From a virus (lineage: Duplodnaviria > Caudoviricetes): DNA of 64,000 nucleotides. A program made the translations under genes and the position numbers. The notes below the pieces were generated by a model. The model searched no databases, had not been told where the DNA came from, and saw only the letters and a program-made list of their open reading frames with translations. Positions 1-9,643 of this stretch are shown one piece after another (position 1 is the first letter of the stretch; each line of letters opens with the position of its first letter). The stretch covers positions 1 through 64,000 of the IMG/VR virus record IMGVR_UViG_3300014204_000130. One strand, given 5' to 3'.

Positions 1-1
1 T

Positions 2-1255
2 GATACGCGTTTGTCCGAATTGTTGACCAAGATCAGTCCATGTAACGCCAAAATCCGTTGATCGCAGTATTTTCCCGTTTGGGTATGTACCAGCGAGTGC
101 AACCCCGTTACCTAAGTATGCCAGAGAATTGATCTGCGTTTGTTCAAATTGTTGACCAAGATCAGTCCATGTAACGCCTATATCATTATACGCGCCGACT
201 AATCCGCCATTATTGGTTGACGCCTCGACATGCAGCACTTCAGGTGCCACGCCTCCAAGAGCCGCTAACGCGGCAGAACTGGCTGTCTTTCCAGTCCCCC
301 CGTTTGCAATAGATACCGGAGTACGAGTGGTCACTGAATCGACAGAAATGGCACCTCCTGTGTAGAGGGTACTGAATGTGGCCGGTCCCGCAACCGTCAG
401 ACTCGCAATCAGCCCGACGCTACCGTCAGAGGCAACCGTGATTTTCTCTTGGTTCGCCTGCCCGATAGCCGCACCAAAAGCGGATGTGGCGATGATGTTG
501 GAGCCGTCTACCCGACATACATTTATGCCGGGCAGTGGCAAAGAAAAATACCCCGGTTTTCCGTCCCCGCTCCAAGAAGTAACGGTGGGATCTCCCGTCC
601 CTCCGATGCTGGCTTTTGCGGCATATCCGCGTATTTCCAAGAGGTCAGTGGTAAGAAATGAAACGTCTGCTATAACGCTAAACGTCACAGCAACCCTGTC
701 GTCAAGCCCATCCAGCGTCATTGCATACGTCGTTGACGTTGCGATTAGTGTAGACACGGAAGCAGAGTTTTTCCATAATTCAGCACATATCAGCGCGTCT
801 TTTCCGCTTGCGCTTTTCGTTTTTATACGGAAGGCGTCGTAAATACCTTTTGAAAGTGTGGATATGTTTGGCTCACCGATTGGCGACAGCCATTGATCCT
901 GAAACACCCAAACTCCGATATCCGTCAGTGGAGCACTCGTAGACGACGCCAATTCCGCGTTATCTTCCGTTGTAAGCGTGTGATACGCCGTATCCGTATG
1001 CGATGCGTTGCCGAAATAATATTTCAGTGTCACTTGAGATACTGCGTCTGTGATAGAGTCCTGCGTTTCTTTTCGTGACATTACCGCATAATCACTTGAT
1101 GACGCCGTTGTTGACGCGAGAATAACAGAACTGAACGTAACGTCATTCCCCGTATACGCGGCCAACGGATCGTGATTTGGATTCGTTTGAGGCTCAATCG
1201 CGAAACACACTACCGGAAGAAAAACGAGAAGTACAAGCTGGATGAATTTTTTCAT
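2..1255 (-). CDS. Signal-peptide protein with BNR/Asp-box-like repeats (fibre/receptor-binding-like); runs off window start
   Basis: Not in ORF track; ATG 1253-1255 overlaps upstream TAA; manual translation MKKFIQLVLLVFLPVVCFA...GVTWTDLGQQF repeated twice, open to window edge. Confidence 0.75.
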   Translation of the reverse strand, partial: MKKFIQLVLLVFLPVVCFAIEPQTNPNHDPLAAYTGNDVTFSSVILASTTASSSDYAVMSRKETQDSITDAVSQVTLKYYFGNASHTDTAYHTLTTEDNAELASSTSAPLTDIGVWVFQDQWLSPIGEPNISTLSKGIYDAFRIKTKSASGKDALICAELWKNSASVSTLIATSTTYAMTLDGLDDRVAVTFSVIADVSFLTTDLLEIRGYAAKASIGGTGDPTVTSWSGDGKPGYFSLPLPGINVCRVDGSNIIATSAFGAAIGQANQEKITVASDGSVGLIASLTVAGPATFSTLYTGGAISVDSVTTRTPVSIANGGTGKTASSAALAALGGVAPEVLHVEASTNNGGLVGAYNDIGVTWTDLGQQFEQTQINSLAYLGNGVALAGTYPNGKILRSTDFGVTWTDLGQQFGQTRI

Positions 1256-2133
1256 TACGGTTGAACCTCCTGGTCGATGGTCAGCGGCACAGTCCCAGTA
1301 GACGCATACGACACGGCAACGTCTGAGCTCCATGGGCGCAGGATCGAAGAACCGGCGAATATCTCGATACCGAACCCGGGAGTGGCCACAAGGCCCACGT
1401 CAACGAATGCAGATTCTGTGGCCGCGTTGTTTTGTACCACTAAAAATAGGCGATTTGCGATATTGCTGACGGTTGCAGACGTTGCGGTGGAATCTACGTT
1501 GGTAATCGTTGGCGTGGCCAGGCCAACGGTATTACTTCCGATTGCGGCCAAAACTTCACTCGTCTGGGTAGCGTCTTGCGCTGCATAATTGTTTGTCGCG
1601 AGAGTTCCAGAAGCCTGAGCAGCAATGATATCCAGTGTTTCTGAAGCCTGTTGGACCTTTAATTCCCCCACTTGCGTAGTGGTAGATGCTTGTGCCGCGA
1701 GGATGTCAATCGTCTCAGTTGCTTGCTGTGCTATGGCTTCCGTAATCTTAGCTGACAATGATGCTTGCAACGCGGTTAAATCCGCTGTAGAGGTTGCAGA
1801 TGAATTGCTAATTTCTGCTGTAACAGAAGCAATCTCATTAAGCAATCCCATGGTATCCGATCCAATATTTACAACAATGCGCCTATTGGCATCTACTAAT
1901 GCCAACGTAGTAGATCCCGATGCATCTGAAAATATTGGAGATGCTGTAAACGTAGACGATCCAATCGTAATTGTTACATTTCCACCAAGTTTAATATTTC
2001 CATAGGCATCAACAAGAACTGGAACAAATGTACCTGAAGGAGTTTTCCCCTTCATAACCTGTCCAACGGATTGTCCGAAGCACGTTGAAATGATGAATAA
2101 AAAAAGTCCAACAAAAGACAAAATCCGTTTCAT
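1255..2133 (-). CDS. Ser/Thr/Ala-rich protein with N-terminal signal peptide, possibly virion-associated
   Basis: ORF 1255-2190; likely start MKRILSFVGLFLFIISTCFG at 2133 after AAAGGGG. Confidence 0.7.
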   Translation of the reverse strand: MKRILSFVGLFLFIISTCFGQSVGQVMKGKTPSGTFVPVLVDAYGNIKLGGNVTITIGSSTFTASPIFSDASGSTTLALVDANRRIVVNIGSDTMGLLNEIASVTAEISNSSATSTADLTALQASLSAKITEAIAQQATETIDILAAQASTTTQVGELKVQQASETLDIIAAQASGTLATNNYAAQDATQTSEVLAAIGSNTVGLATPTITNVDSTATSATVSNIANRLFLVVQNNAATESAFVDVGLVATPGFGIEIFAGSSILRPWSSDVAVSYASTGTVPLTIDQEVQP

Positions 2134-2138
2134 TTCGA

Positions 2139-2570
2139 TTACCCCTTTACTAATACTAACTTTGCAAGATCGGAAACCCGATTCAACCAACCTTTTAGAA
2201 ACTTCTTGGATGTATTTGTTTTCTTCACAACTCTGAAATAATACAACACTCTCCGAGCAAGAAGCAAATCAATTTCAGAATTAGTTTCTTTCAACCATCC
2301 AATCGATGTTCCAACTCCACAATTGACGCTTGCATCAAAAACAATTAAATCCAAAGGTGATTGGAGTTTATCGCAACCAGAAGGAATCCAATATTTATCA
2401 AAATAAATCTTTCCAGCTTGTTCAACTGTAAGATTTTTAATATCTATATTCATATGATCTCTTTTGTTAATACCAAACTTCGTTTCACCTCCGGGATCTT
2501 GTGGATCGTTCGTATATCCACCTTCCCAAGATAATACGAATTTTAATGCTATTTCAAATCTTGTTTTCAT
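2139..2570 (-). CDS. Endolysin, glycoside hydrolase family 108
   Basis: EGGYTNDPQDPGGETKFGI motif, FDASVNCG, C-terminal FLKGWLNRV. Confidence 0.93.
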   Translation of the reverse strand: MKTRFEIALKFVLSWEGGYTNDPQDPGGETKFGINKRDHMNIDIKNLTVEQAGKIYFDKYWIPSGCDKLQSPLDLIVFDASVNCGVGTSIGWLKETNSEIDLLLARRVLYYFRVVKKTNTSKKFLKGWLNRVSDLAKLVLVKG

Positions 2571-2571
2571 A

Positions 2572-3213
2572 TTACTGTCCTTTTGTTGTAGATGCGATTA
2601 TTGGTTTTACATAAAATACATTACCGGCTGCATCTTGTAATCTATAACCTCTCGATTGATATAACTGTGAAAAATGTTGTTTAATCTCAGATTTCTTTTC
2701 AGATTTATCCGGAATGATCCCTAATAACATTCCAGAAAAATCTAATCCAAAAATAGCTGCGATTATTACAACCCCAACTTTTACTACATTTAACATATGT
2801 CCTTTCCAACCTTCGGGAAATGGAATAAATTTCTTTTCAAGATTTCCCGAACAAGTTACTTGATGACGTGTAACTATCTCTTCTGTTCGTTTTGCATTCT
2901 TTTCAACGAATTCATTCATAAAAGTTGGAAATTGAACTTTAAGTTCATTGATATTATCTGCATGTATATCAAGTTTATCATGGAGTTTGTCTAATACCGT
3001 GACAACCTTTTCCAATTTTCCACTCATGGTCGTCAACTCCTTCTCAAGTGAATTTAATCTCCGACCATAATCAAGACTATCGGTCTCCATTCTTCCGATT
3101 CGCGTGTCAAGTAGTCTATTGTATTCATACTGCTTGTCCATGAAATCTTGCATAGGTCGGCTCCTTGATTTTTGACATAGATATCCACACCTAAAGCATA
3201 CATTATTCTCCAT
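2572..3213 (-). CDS. Coiled-coil membrane protein, putative holin/lysis accessory
   Basis: Heptad region plus hydrophobic VVKVGVVIIAAIFGLDFSGMLLGII; directly upstream of endolysin; true start may be downstream of 3213. Confidence 0.5.
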   Translation of the reverse strand: MENNVCFRCGYLCQKSRSRPMQDFMDKQYEYNRLLDTRIGRMETDSLDYGRRLNSLEKELTTMSGKLEKVVTVLDKLHDKLDIHADNINELKVQFPTFMNEFVEKNAKRTEEIVTRHQVTCSGNLEKKFIPFPEGWKGHMLNVVKVGVVIIAAIFGLDFSGMLLGIIPDKSEKKSEIKQHFSQLYQSRGYRLQDAAGNVFYVKPIIASTTKGQ

Positions 3214-3337
3214 TGTATCTCAAATAAAAACTTTGTAAAAGTTGAAGATGATTGTAGAACGAATATTGTCCAATATTAGACAGTTAGAAGTTCGGAAATT
3301 TTTAATAATGTTAGATATTTTAAAATAAAAAGTTTTT

Positions 3338-4483
3338 CTATGGTAGAGGGAGTGGATTAATATCAATACTTGCAGAAATAACATCTCCACCCAATCCAGC
3401 ATCGGATGCACTTATTGAGGATTGAATCTCAAAACTTCCTAAAATATCTGTCGGGGTATAATATCTTATGATGACGATTCCAGATCCTCCGCTAGTATAT
3501 GCACCACTTCCTCCTCCTCCTCCTCCTCCTCCACTATTGGGTTGTCCATTTTCCCCATATGTACCAGGGGAGTATGTATTTCCTCCACCTCCATTACCAC
3601 CCAATCCAGGTACTCCGGATACTGTACCTATTAACGATCCTCCTCCTCCACCACCATAATAAGTTTCTGTGCCCGTTATATCACATTGGATACCATTTCC
3701 TCCATTACCTCCATGATGATCTGATGCATTTACTCCTGCACTTCCCGCTCCACCACCGCCGCCGCCGCTTCTACCAGCACCATCATCATTATAACCGTTT
3801 CCACCAACATATCCATAGAGTGCAGATCCTCCCATTCCACCATACAATCCACAACCTCCACCACCAGATGATCCCGATGACCCGTCGGGCTCATAATTAA
3901 ACCATCCACCTCTACCACCACCAATGGCAGTAATCCCAAGAGCATCTGAGTTATCCCCACTATATCCAGGATATGCAGTTGTCGCAACCACTATCGGATA
4001 TGTGGTTGCGACAACTTCCATGTCTGTAACATAAGCAACGTCGCCGCCGCCGCCGCCGCCGCCAGCATATGCTCCTCCTCCTCCTCCACCACCAACAACC
4101 AATATGTCTACAGTTCTATCTGTGGGAACTATGAAGTCATCAGATTCAATAAACGTGTGGATTGTATAATTGCCGAAAGTTGTAATTGTTCCACCAGTGC
4201 ATGGCTCTTGTGTATTTATTGGAGTAAATTTCAATCCAGCAAGACCTTCAGCAGAAGTTATAAAATCTCCATCAAGTATAGGAGTTATTCCATCGTTTTT
4301 GAACAATGTTCCTTCAGCAATATTTGTGATCTTGTAGAAAATCGTATCATTGACATCGTAAGGACTTTTTGAAATAACCAATCCTTCAGTAGTTTGTACT
4401 CCGGGTGTGCTCTCTGCACTTGTAACCGTTGGAGTATTCGCTATGATTGTTGGATCGATTATCAACGTCATTCGAATTGGCAT
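3338..4483 (-). CDS. Glycine-rich domain tail fibre/virion protein
   Basis: YTIHTF...DILVVGGGGGGG...GGSGIVIIRY glycine-rich domain. Confidence 0.8.
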   Translation of the reverse strand: MPIRMTLIIDPTIIANTPTVTSAESTPGVQTTEGLVISKSPYDVNDTIFYKITNIAEGTLFKNDGITPILDGDFITSAEGLAGLKFTPINTQEPCTGGTITTFGNYTIHTFIESDDFIVPTDRTVDILVVGGGGGGGAYAGGGGGGGDVAYVTDMEVVATTYPIVVATTAYPGYSGDNSDALGITAIGGGRGGWFNYEPDGSSGSSGGGGCGLYGGMGGSALYGYVGGNGYNDDGAGRSGGGGGGAGSAGVNASDHHGGNGGNGIQCDITGTETYYGGGGGGSLIGTVSGVPGLGGNGGGGNTYSPGTYGENGQPNSGGGGGGGGSGAYTSGGSGIVIIRYYTPTDILGSFEIQSSISASDAGLGGDVISASIDINPLPLP

Positions 4484-4514
4484 TTCAAAATTCCTTGTCC
4501 AAGATTAGACAAAT

Positions 4515-5756
4515 TTACCATTCAATCAGAACACAACCATTACCACCATCTTGCCCATTCATAATTGTGAATGATCCATCACCATACCCGATTTTAAATC
4601 CTCCATGGCCACTTGCACCCTTAACAACTGGATTTTGGATTTCCATAGGACTGAATATTGAGTCCTGACCTAGAACTCCAAAATCTGGATAAGCCCCAAA
4701 TGTATCGGTTGCGGCCACTCCCAATGCTCCACCATCCAATATTATTGATAAGTCAGTTCCAATGATCGTTGTATTTCCTCCAGCAGTTCCATTTACTCCA
4801 CCAGCACCAGTTCCGTTTGCTCCACCAGTTCCACCGGAACCAATTACAATGGCATATTCCCTTTCGGCAACTGTAGTTACTTCTTGCCTATATATGGATT
4901 CTCCAATCCTTCCTCCAGATCCCAATCGGACGGGATCTGCGGGATCTCCACCACCACCACCACCACCACCAGCACATGCTGTGATATATATTTTCGTAAC
5001 ACCATATGGAACGGTAAATGTTCCATCTGTTGAAAATATTTCATGTCCATGTGTTCCAATTACTTGAGCAAGTGTATGGGATTCAAGTTGAGTAGCATTA
5101 ACAGAAGTCTGAGCATCGGAAATTACTTGAGCAAGTGTAGAACCCTCAAGAGTTGCAGCATCTCCCTGATATTCTTCAATTCTAATGTTTTGTAATTGGA
5201 ATGTATTGGTAGTTGCAACCGCTTCTGAAAAATATAATTGAGCTGTAACTGCGGTAGTTTCAGGAGTAATGATTGTAGATGTGCTTTGTTGCCAAAATGT
5301 AGCCATTGGAAGTGTCTGAATAACATCATTACTTAAAGTAGATCCATCGTCTGCATATTGCACTAGATGTAATAATAAATTGCTACCAGAATCAGTAGTT
5401 CTGAATGCAGTTTTAATAATATATGTTAAACTTCGATTGATTGGAAATCTATTTGAGGCAATGATTCTATGAGCACCTATTTGAATAGCTGTATTTCCAA
5501 TCCATCCATCTGTAATCGTTTCAATTGTAGCATCCAAAGAAACTCTATTAACATCACCAATCCATGCAGTAATATCTGACGTATTTGGATCTTGATTTAA
5601 GATTTTTCCAGATGGTTTACTCGTTAACATTTGGGTTGTAATGATATCGGGATCAAAAATCCCGTCTTCTTTTATTGCACGAAAATTCTCAGCGATATCT
5701 GCTTGAGAATCACTTAAATAATCACTTGCAGCAGGTTTGGTTGCATCAAATACCAT
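4515..5756 (-). CDS. Tail fibre protein with C-terminal glycine-rich domain
   Basis: GTFTVPYGVTKIYITACAGGGGGG...GGNGCVLIEW; follows tail tip gene. Confidence 0.8.
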   Translation of the reverse strand: MVFDATKPAASDYLSDSQADIAENFRAIKEDGIFDPDIITTQMLTSKPSGKILNQDPNTSDITAWIGDVNRVSLDATIETITDGWIGNTAIQIGAHRIIASNRFPINRSLTYIIKTAFRTTDSGSNLLLHLVQYADDGSTLSNDVIQTLPMATFWQQSTSTIITPETTAVTAQLYFSEAVATTNTFQLQNIRIEEYQGDAATLEGSTLAQVISDAQTSVNATQLESHTLAQVIGTHGHEIFSTDGTFTVPYGVTKIYITACAGGGGGGGGDPADPVRLGSGGRIGESIYRQEVTTVAEREYAIVIGSGGTGGANGTGAGGVNGTAGGNTTIIGTDLSIILDGGALGVAATDTFGAYPDFGVLGQDSIFSPMEIQNPVVKGASGHGGFKIGYGDGSFTIMNGQDGGNGCVLIEW

Positions 5757-5757
5757 T

Positions 5758-8700
5758 TTAATACCCCTTCGCTATGTAATCCACATTTCCCCCGGAGTCA
5801 ACACCACTTTCATTGAATATCTTAACAAAGAATGTTGTTTTTGTTCTTGAGATAACTTCGGTTCTTCTCAATGCACCTACCGCAGATGCTACCACATATG
5901 GAACAATAAAGAAAGATCTTGGGAACGTAATGGTAGATCCACCGACAGCAACTACAGAAGTTCCGGATTGTATTAAATCCGGAACATCGATTGCTGATTT
6001 AAGATTTGTAACATTGGGAATCACAGCAAGATTGTCAGTATGTAAGATTATTTTAAATTGAATTCCTTGAAATCTAATTGCTTCTCCATCTTTAAACAAC
6101 TTCCAATCTTCCCAATTCGTCATATCTTGAGTTGTTCTGACCATTAAAGTGCAAGAAGTATTTAATTCGGAACTGGCTGTACTTTCAATCAGAATATAAA
6201 CGTTACTCAACATATTACTACCAAGGTCTTCGATGGCAGTAATATAATCTCCATCCAAATCAGTTCCATCTAAAGACAAATAGAATTTTGGAAAATCCAT
6301 CCATCTTTTATTAGACAAACTTGCCCAAGTTATTGTTGGAAAGTCTTCCCATGTAGTTAATGCATCTGTGAATGCTGTATGATTATGTGTTCCATCGGCA
6401 TCAGATATAAAATCCAGACTGACTACAATATTAGCCGGTATTAATTTCTCAACTAACAATTCCGATACCGTTGCAGTTGTCGATGAAATTAAGAGTCTAT
6501 TTGTAGCTTTGATCATAAATCTATAGACTCGTTCACTTCCGGGTCTATATGTAAAACTTGTAGTAGGAACTCCACTAGATATAATAAGGCCGGTATCCCA
6601 ATTTGAACCTTCTCTGATTTCATATTGAATAACATCAAGTTCAGGATTAGCATCCCAGATCATATCAACCATATCACCATCTTGATATGTTCTGAAATTA
6701 ACTACTGAAATCGGTGGAGTATTGCTATCTTCAATCAACAATGCAATCTCAGTTGTTGGCGTCAAAACATCGTCTTGTCCGTAATAATAATGCTTATCTC
6801 CATCACCCATATCTATGGCTTTGGATGACATAGTTCCCGTTGGAGAAAGAGAAACTAATCTGAAATTAAATTCTCCATTTCCATGAGGCCATTCTTCTCG
6901 GATTAAATCACTTGTTGATCTTGCAAAATACTTGAAAAGAACATCATCATGTTCTTTGTAATATAAAATAGTTTCAACACAATCATTTACAGGTTTTGTA
7001 ACCGATGCATTTATTACATGAGTTGTAAGTTCTCTTCCAACAATTTCAATTACAGAAAGATCTACAAGTATTGGCTTATCTGGTCTTGGAGTTTGAGGAT
7101 ATTGCTGTTCAACAGAATCGGCAGCAGCATCAAAACTCCATTCATAAACAGCTTCATTGTATTCTTTACATGAAATAGTTATTCCTTTATCACCTCTTGA
7201 AATTTTGATGATTCGGAATTCTTTTTCAGTCCAAGTGTGTTTTACCGATGATATGGAAATTAAACTATTTACATCAAGAGTTGATGGAATATCACTTCCG
7301 ACTGTAATATCTACGGTTTTTAATTGTAAAATATTACGATAGAAGTTGTATTCCGCAATTTTATGTGCAGTTTCATCATCTGAAACGTATTTGTATTCGA
7401 AATTCTCAGTATTCCATTTATTTATCAATGCTTGATGTGTAGCATTTCTTAAATACTGAGAATTCTCAAACAATGGTCCAGTTGGTGGAATTTCTGGAGG
7501 AGTTCCGGGATTCGTATAATCTGTAATCAATGGGGATTCTTCACTACCCGAAGGTTTCTTGTCAAATTTCCCATTCTCAACGTTATACGCATAAGAAAGA
7601 CGAACCCGGTTAATCTGCTTATCATATGCAGGTTCTTTGAAATCTCCAACTATACACTCATATCCAATTGTCCCCGTATCGTCGAAATGTGCTTCTACTG
7701 CTCCAGCAACTTCATCGACCAGTAAAGTCAAAACCCCATCGATTTCCACGAACGTCGCCATGCAATACTTAGCGAATTCATCAAACCATTCAGAAGCTTC
7801 TGATCTCTGAGCGATTACGCCGTCCACGAAAAGACTTTCGTTTGTGCAAAATGTAATTGCGTCGGTAAAATCAATTTTCGCCGTTGGGATACCAAGACCG
7901 AATCCTGCCGGTCCCTTTTCTGTGACGGTATATCTTTCGTTGGACTGACAAGTAATTGGATTCGTTGCCAATTGATACAACAGTGCAGCGGGATTTCTTT
8001 CGGCTTCAGTAGTATGGCCTGTTCGTATACTCAAAATCCCTTTGAGATCTACAAACAATTCAGGAACACTACCATCGGCATTCATTGGAGAAATAGGTTC
8101 TCCATATGTCGTGGGATCTGTTGGATCTGTTGCATCGTAAAACTCTACATATGCAAATCCCGGATAAACTGAAGTAATCGTTCCTTTTGCGGCAATAGGA
8201 TGAGTCTGTTGTTCTTTTGCATCTTCCCAACCCGTTCCACTCCAGATGATAATTCCAATCTTTTTGGATTCGTCTGTTAATTGGAAAATATTTAAACTTG
8301 CATCTCTTGTCTTGTCATACATGACAACTTTATCGAAGTAAACTTTATCGATAGACGCAAGTGGACCAGATCCAATCATGAATCTATGAAATACTTGATC
8401 TACCCAAGGTATCTTTAATCTCTTAACAGTTCCGATACAAATAGGACAAGCATTCCAATTTTCATTGATTCCTGTATCGGAATAATAATCCTGTGCAATT
8501 TGTGCATCTGGGATTGGCTGTTGCATGTAAAGAGATAACTCTTCACTTACAGTAACATCTATTTGCAATCCAAATGAATTGATCTCAGTTATTACACCAT
8601 GAAATGTTTTAACATTCCCAAGTGCATCATCATGTTCAAGAATTACTTTCTTATTCAACAGAGAATAAGCAGCGTGAATACTATTCAATGAATGGTCGCT

Positions 8701-8862
8701 GTTGTCAATAGTTAATTGAACTGTTCTCTTACGCGCTCCGAATTTATCAGATACTTCGAATACACGTTCAATTTCAAATCCTTTAACTAATCTGGGTTGA
8801 TAATATATCCCATTCTTATCAGTGGGTTCGGTTGAATAGAATGCCGCTAATTCATATCCCAT
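5758..8862 (-). CDS. Tail tip/hub (host-specificity J-like) protein with FN3-like domain
   Basis: 1034 aa after Dit; INRVRLSY hub-like segment, WDANPELDVIQYEIR FN3-like segment. Confidence 0.75.
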   Translation of the reverse strand: MGYELAAFYSTEPTDKNGIYYQPRLVKGFEIERVFEVSDKFGARKRTVQLTIDNSDHSLNSIHAAYSLLNKKVILEHDDALGNVKTFHGVITEINSFGLQIDVTVSEELSLYMQQPIPDAQIAQDYYSDTGINENWNACPICIGTVKRLKIPWVDQVFHRFMIGSGPLASIDKVYFDKVVMYDKTRDASLNIFQLTDESKKIGIIIWSGTGWEDAKEQQTHPIAAKGTITSVYPGFAYVEFYDATDPTDPTTYGEPISPMNADGSVPELFVDLKGILSIRTGHTTEAERNPAALLYQLATNPITCQSNERYTVTEKGPAGFGLGIPTAKIDFTDAITFCTNESLFVDGVIAQRSEASEWFDEFAKYCMATFVEIDGVLTLLVDEVAGAVEAHFDDTGTIGYECIVGDFKEPAYDKQINRVRLSYAYNVENGKFDKKPSGSEESPLITDYTNPGTPPEIPPTGPLFENSQYLRNATHQALINKWNTENFEYKYVSDDETAHKIAEYNFYRNILQLKTVDITVGSDIPSTLDVNSLISISSVKHTWTEKEFRIIKISRGDKGITISCKEYNEAVYEWSFDAAADSVEQQYPQTPRPDKPILVDLSVIEIVGRELTTHVINASVTKPVNDCVETILYYKEHDDVLFKYFARSTSDLIREEWPHGNGEFNFRLVSLSPTGTMSSKAIDMGDGDKHYYYGQDDVLTPTTEIALLIEDSNTPPISVVNFRTYQDGDMVDMIWDANPELDVIQYEIREGSNWDTGLIISSGVPTTSFTYRPGSERVYRFMIKATNRLLISSTTATVSELLVEKLIPANIVVSLDFISDADGTHNHTAFTDALTTWEDFPTITWASLSNKRWMDFPKFYLSLDGTDLDGDYITAIEDLGSNMLSNVYILIESTASSELNTSCTLMVRTTQDMTNWEDWKLFKDGEAIRFQGIQFKIILHTDNLAVIPNVTNLKSAIDVPDLIQSGTSVVAVGGSTITFPRSFFIVPYVVASAVGALRRTEVISRTKTTFFVKIFNESGVDSGGNVDYIAKGY

Positions 8863-8874
8863 GTATAATTTCCC

Positions 8875-9642
8875 CTATACAATTTCAACGAATGATAGAG
8901 AATGTGATGTTATTTGTGCAAACTCATATGATCTGGAGATATTTCCAACTGCTTTAACAAGATAACATTTATTTGGATCTCCCTCCCAATCGTTATACAT
9001 AACTATGGGAGATCTTGTTAAACGCAACTTATCATATTCCGCTTTCGCAATTTTATCAAGATTTATAGCAAAAGTTCTCCGGGTTCGTCCAATCTTAGAC
9101 GATTCAGAATAACCACTGTCGAATTCAATGATATTTTCTTTTGGAACGATTTCAATTTGATATCCGGCCTTTGGATTCCAGATTTCTACGAAATTTCCAA
9201 CTAATAGATTACCGATCTTGAAATAAGTTGGTTCGAATAATGGTGTTTGTGTAGGAATTAAAATCCTGAGATATCTGTAATTGAATGCAACAAGTTCTTT
9301 GAAGTAATGCATGTAATTCTCTTCATATACTTCATCCTTGGTGAGTCCAGTAATTACTGAGGAATATGAAGGAGTATCCCAATCTCCAGTAGCTGTCGTT
9401 GCATTCCCTTGAATTGTGAATGCTGCAAAGTTGAATCGATTCAAGAATAATCCAGTTAATGACTTTGCAGATCCAAAATCATACATAATCCAAGATTCGG
9501 TAATTACCTGACTTTTCCAAGATTGGACTGGCTTAATCGTCTTCAGATTCGAAGATGTAAATATTGTATCTTGTGAAGAGTGTGTAATCGCTACGCTTGT
9601 ATCTTCTGAACTTGCAGGAGTGTAATCGTATAATATTTTCAT
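8875..9642 (-). CDS. Putative distal tail protein
   Basis: Immediately after tape measure; YRYLRILI galactose-binding-like fold signature. Confidence 0.6.
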   Translation of the reverse strand: MKILYDYTPASSEDTSVAITHSSQDTIFTSSNLKTIKPVQSWKSQVITESWIMYDFGSAKSLTGLFLNRFNFAAFTIQGNATTATGDWDTPSYSSVITGLTKDEVYEENYMHYFKELVAFNYRYLRILIPTQTPLFEPTYFKIGNLLVGNFVEIWNPKAGYQIEIVPKENIIEFDSGYSESSKIGRTRRTFAINLDKIAKAEYDKLRLTRSPIVMYNDWEGDPNKCYLVKAVGNISRSYEFAQITSHSLSFVEIV

Positions 9643-9643
9643 G

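Noticed and set aside
1-180. ~45-bp direct repeat that could be a DGR template/variable pair or CRISPR
   Set aside because: In-frame Asp-box protein repeat; differences are not adenine-specific and no reverse transcriptase is present
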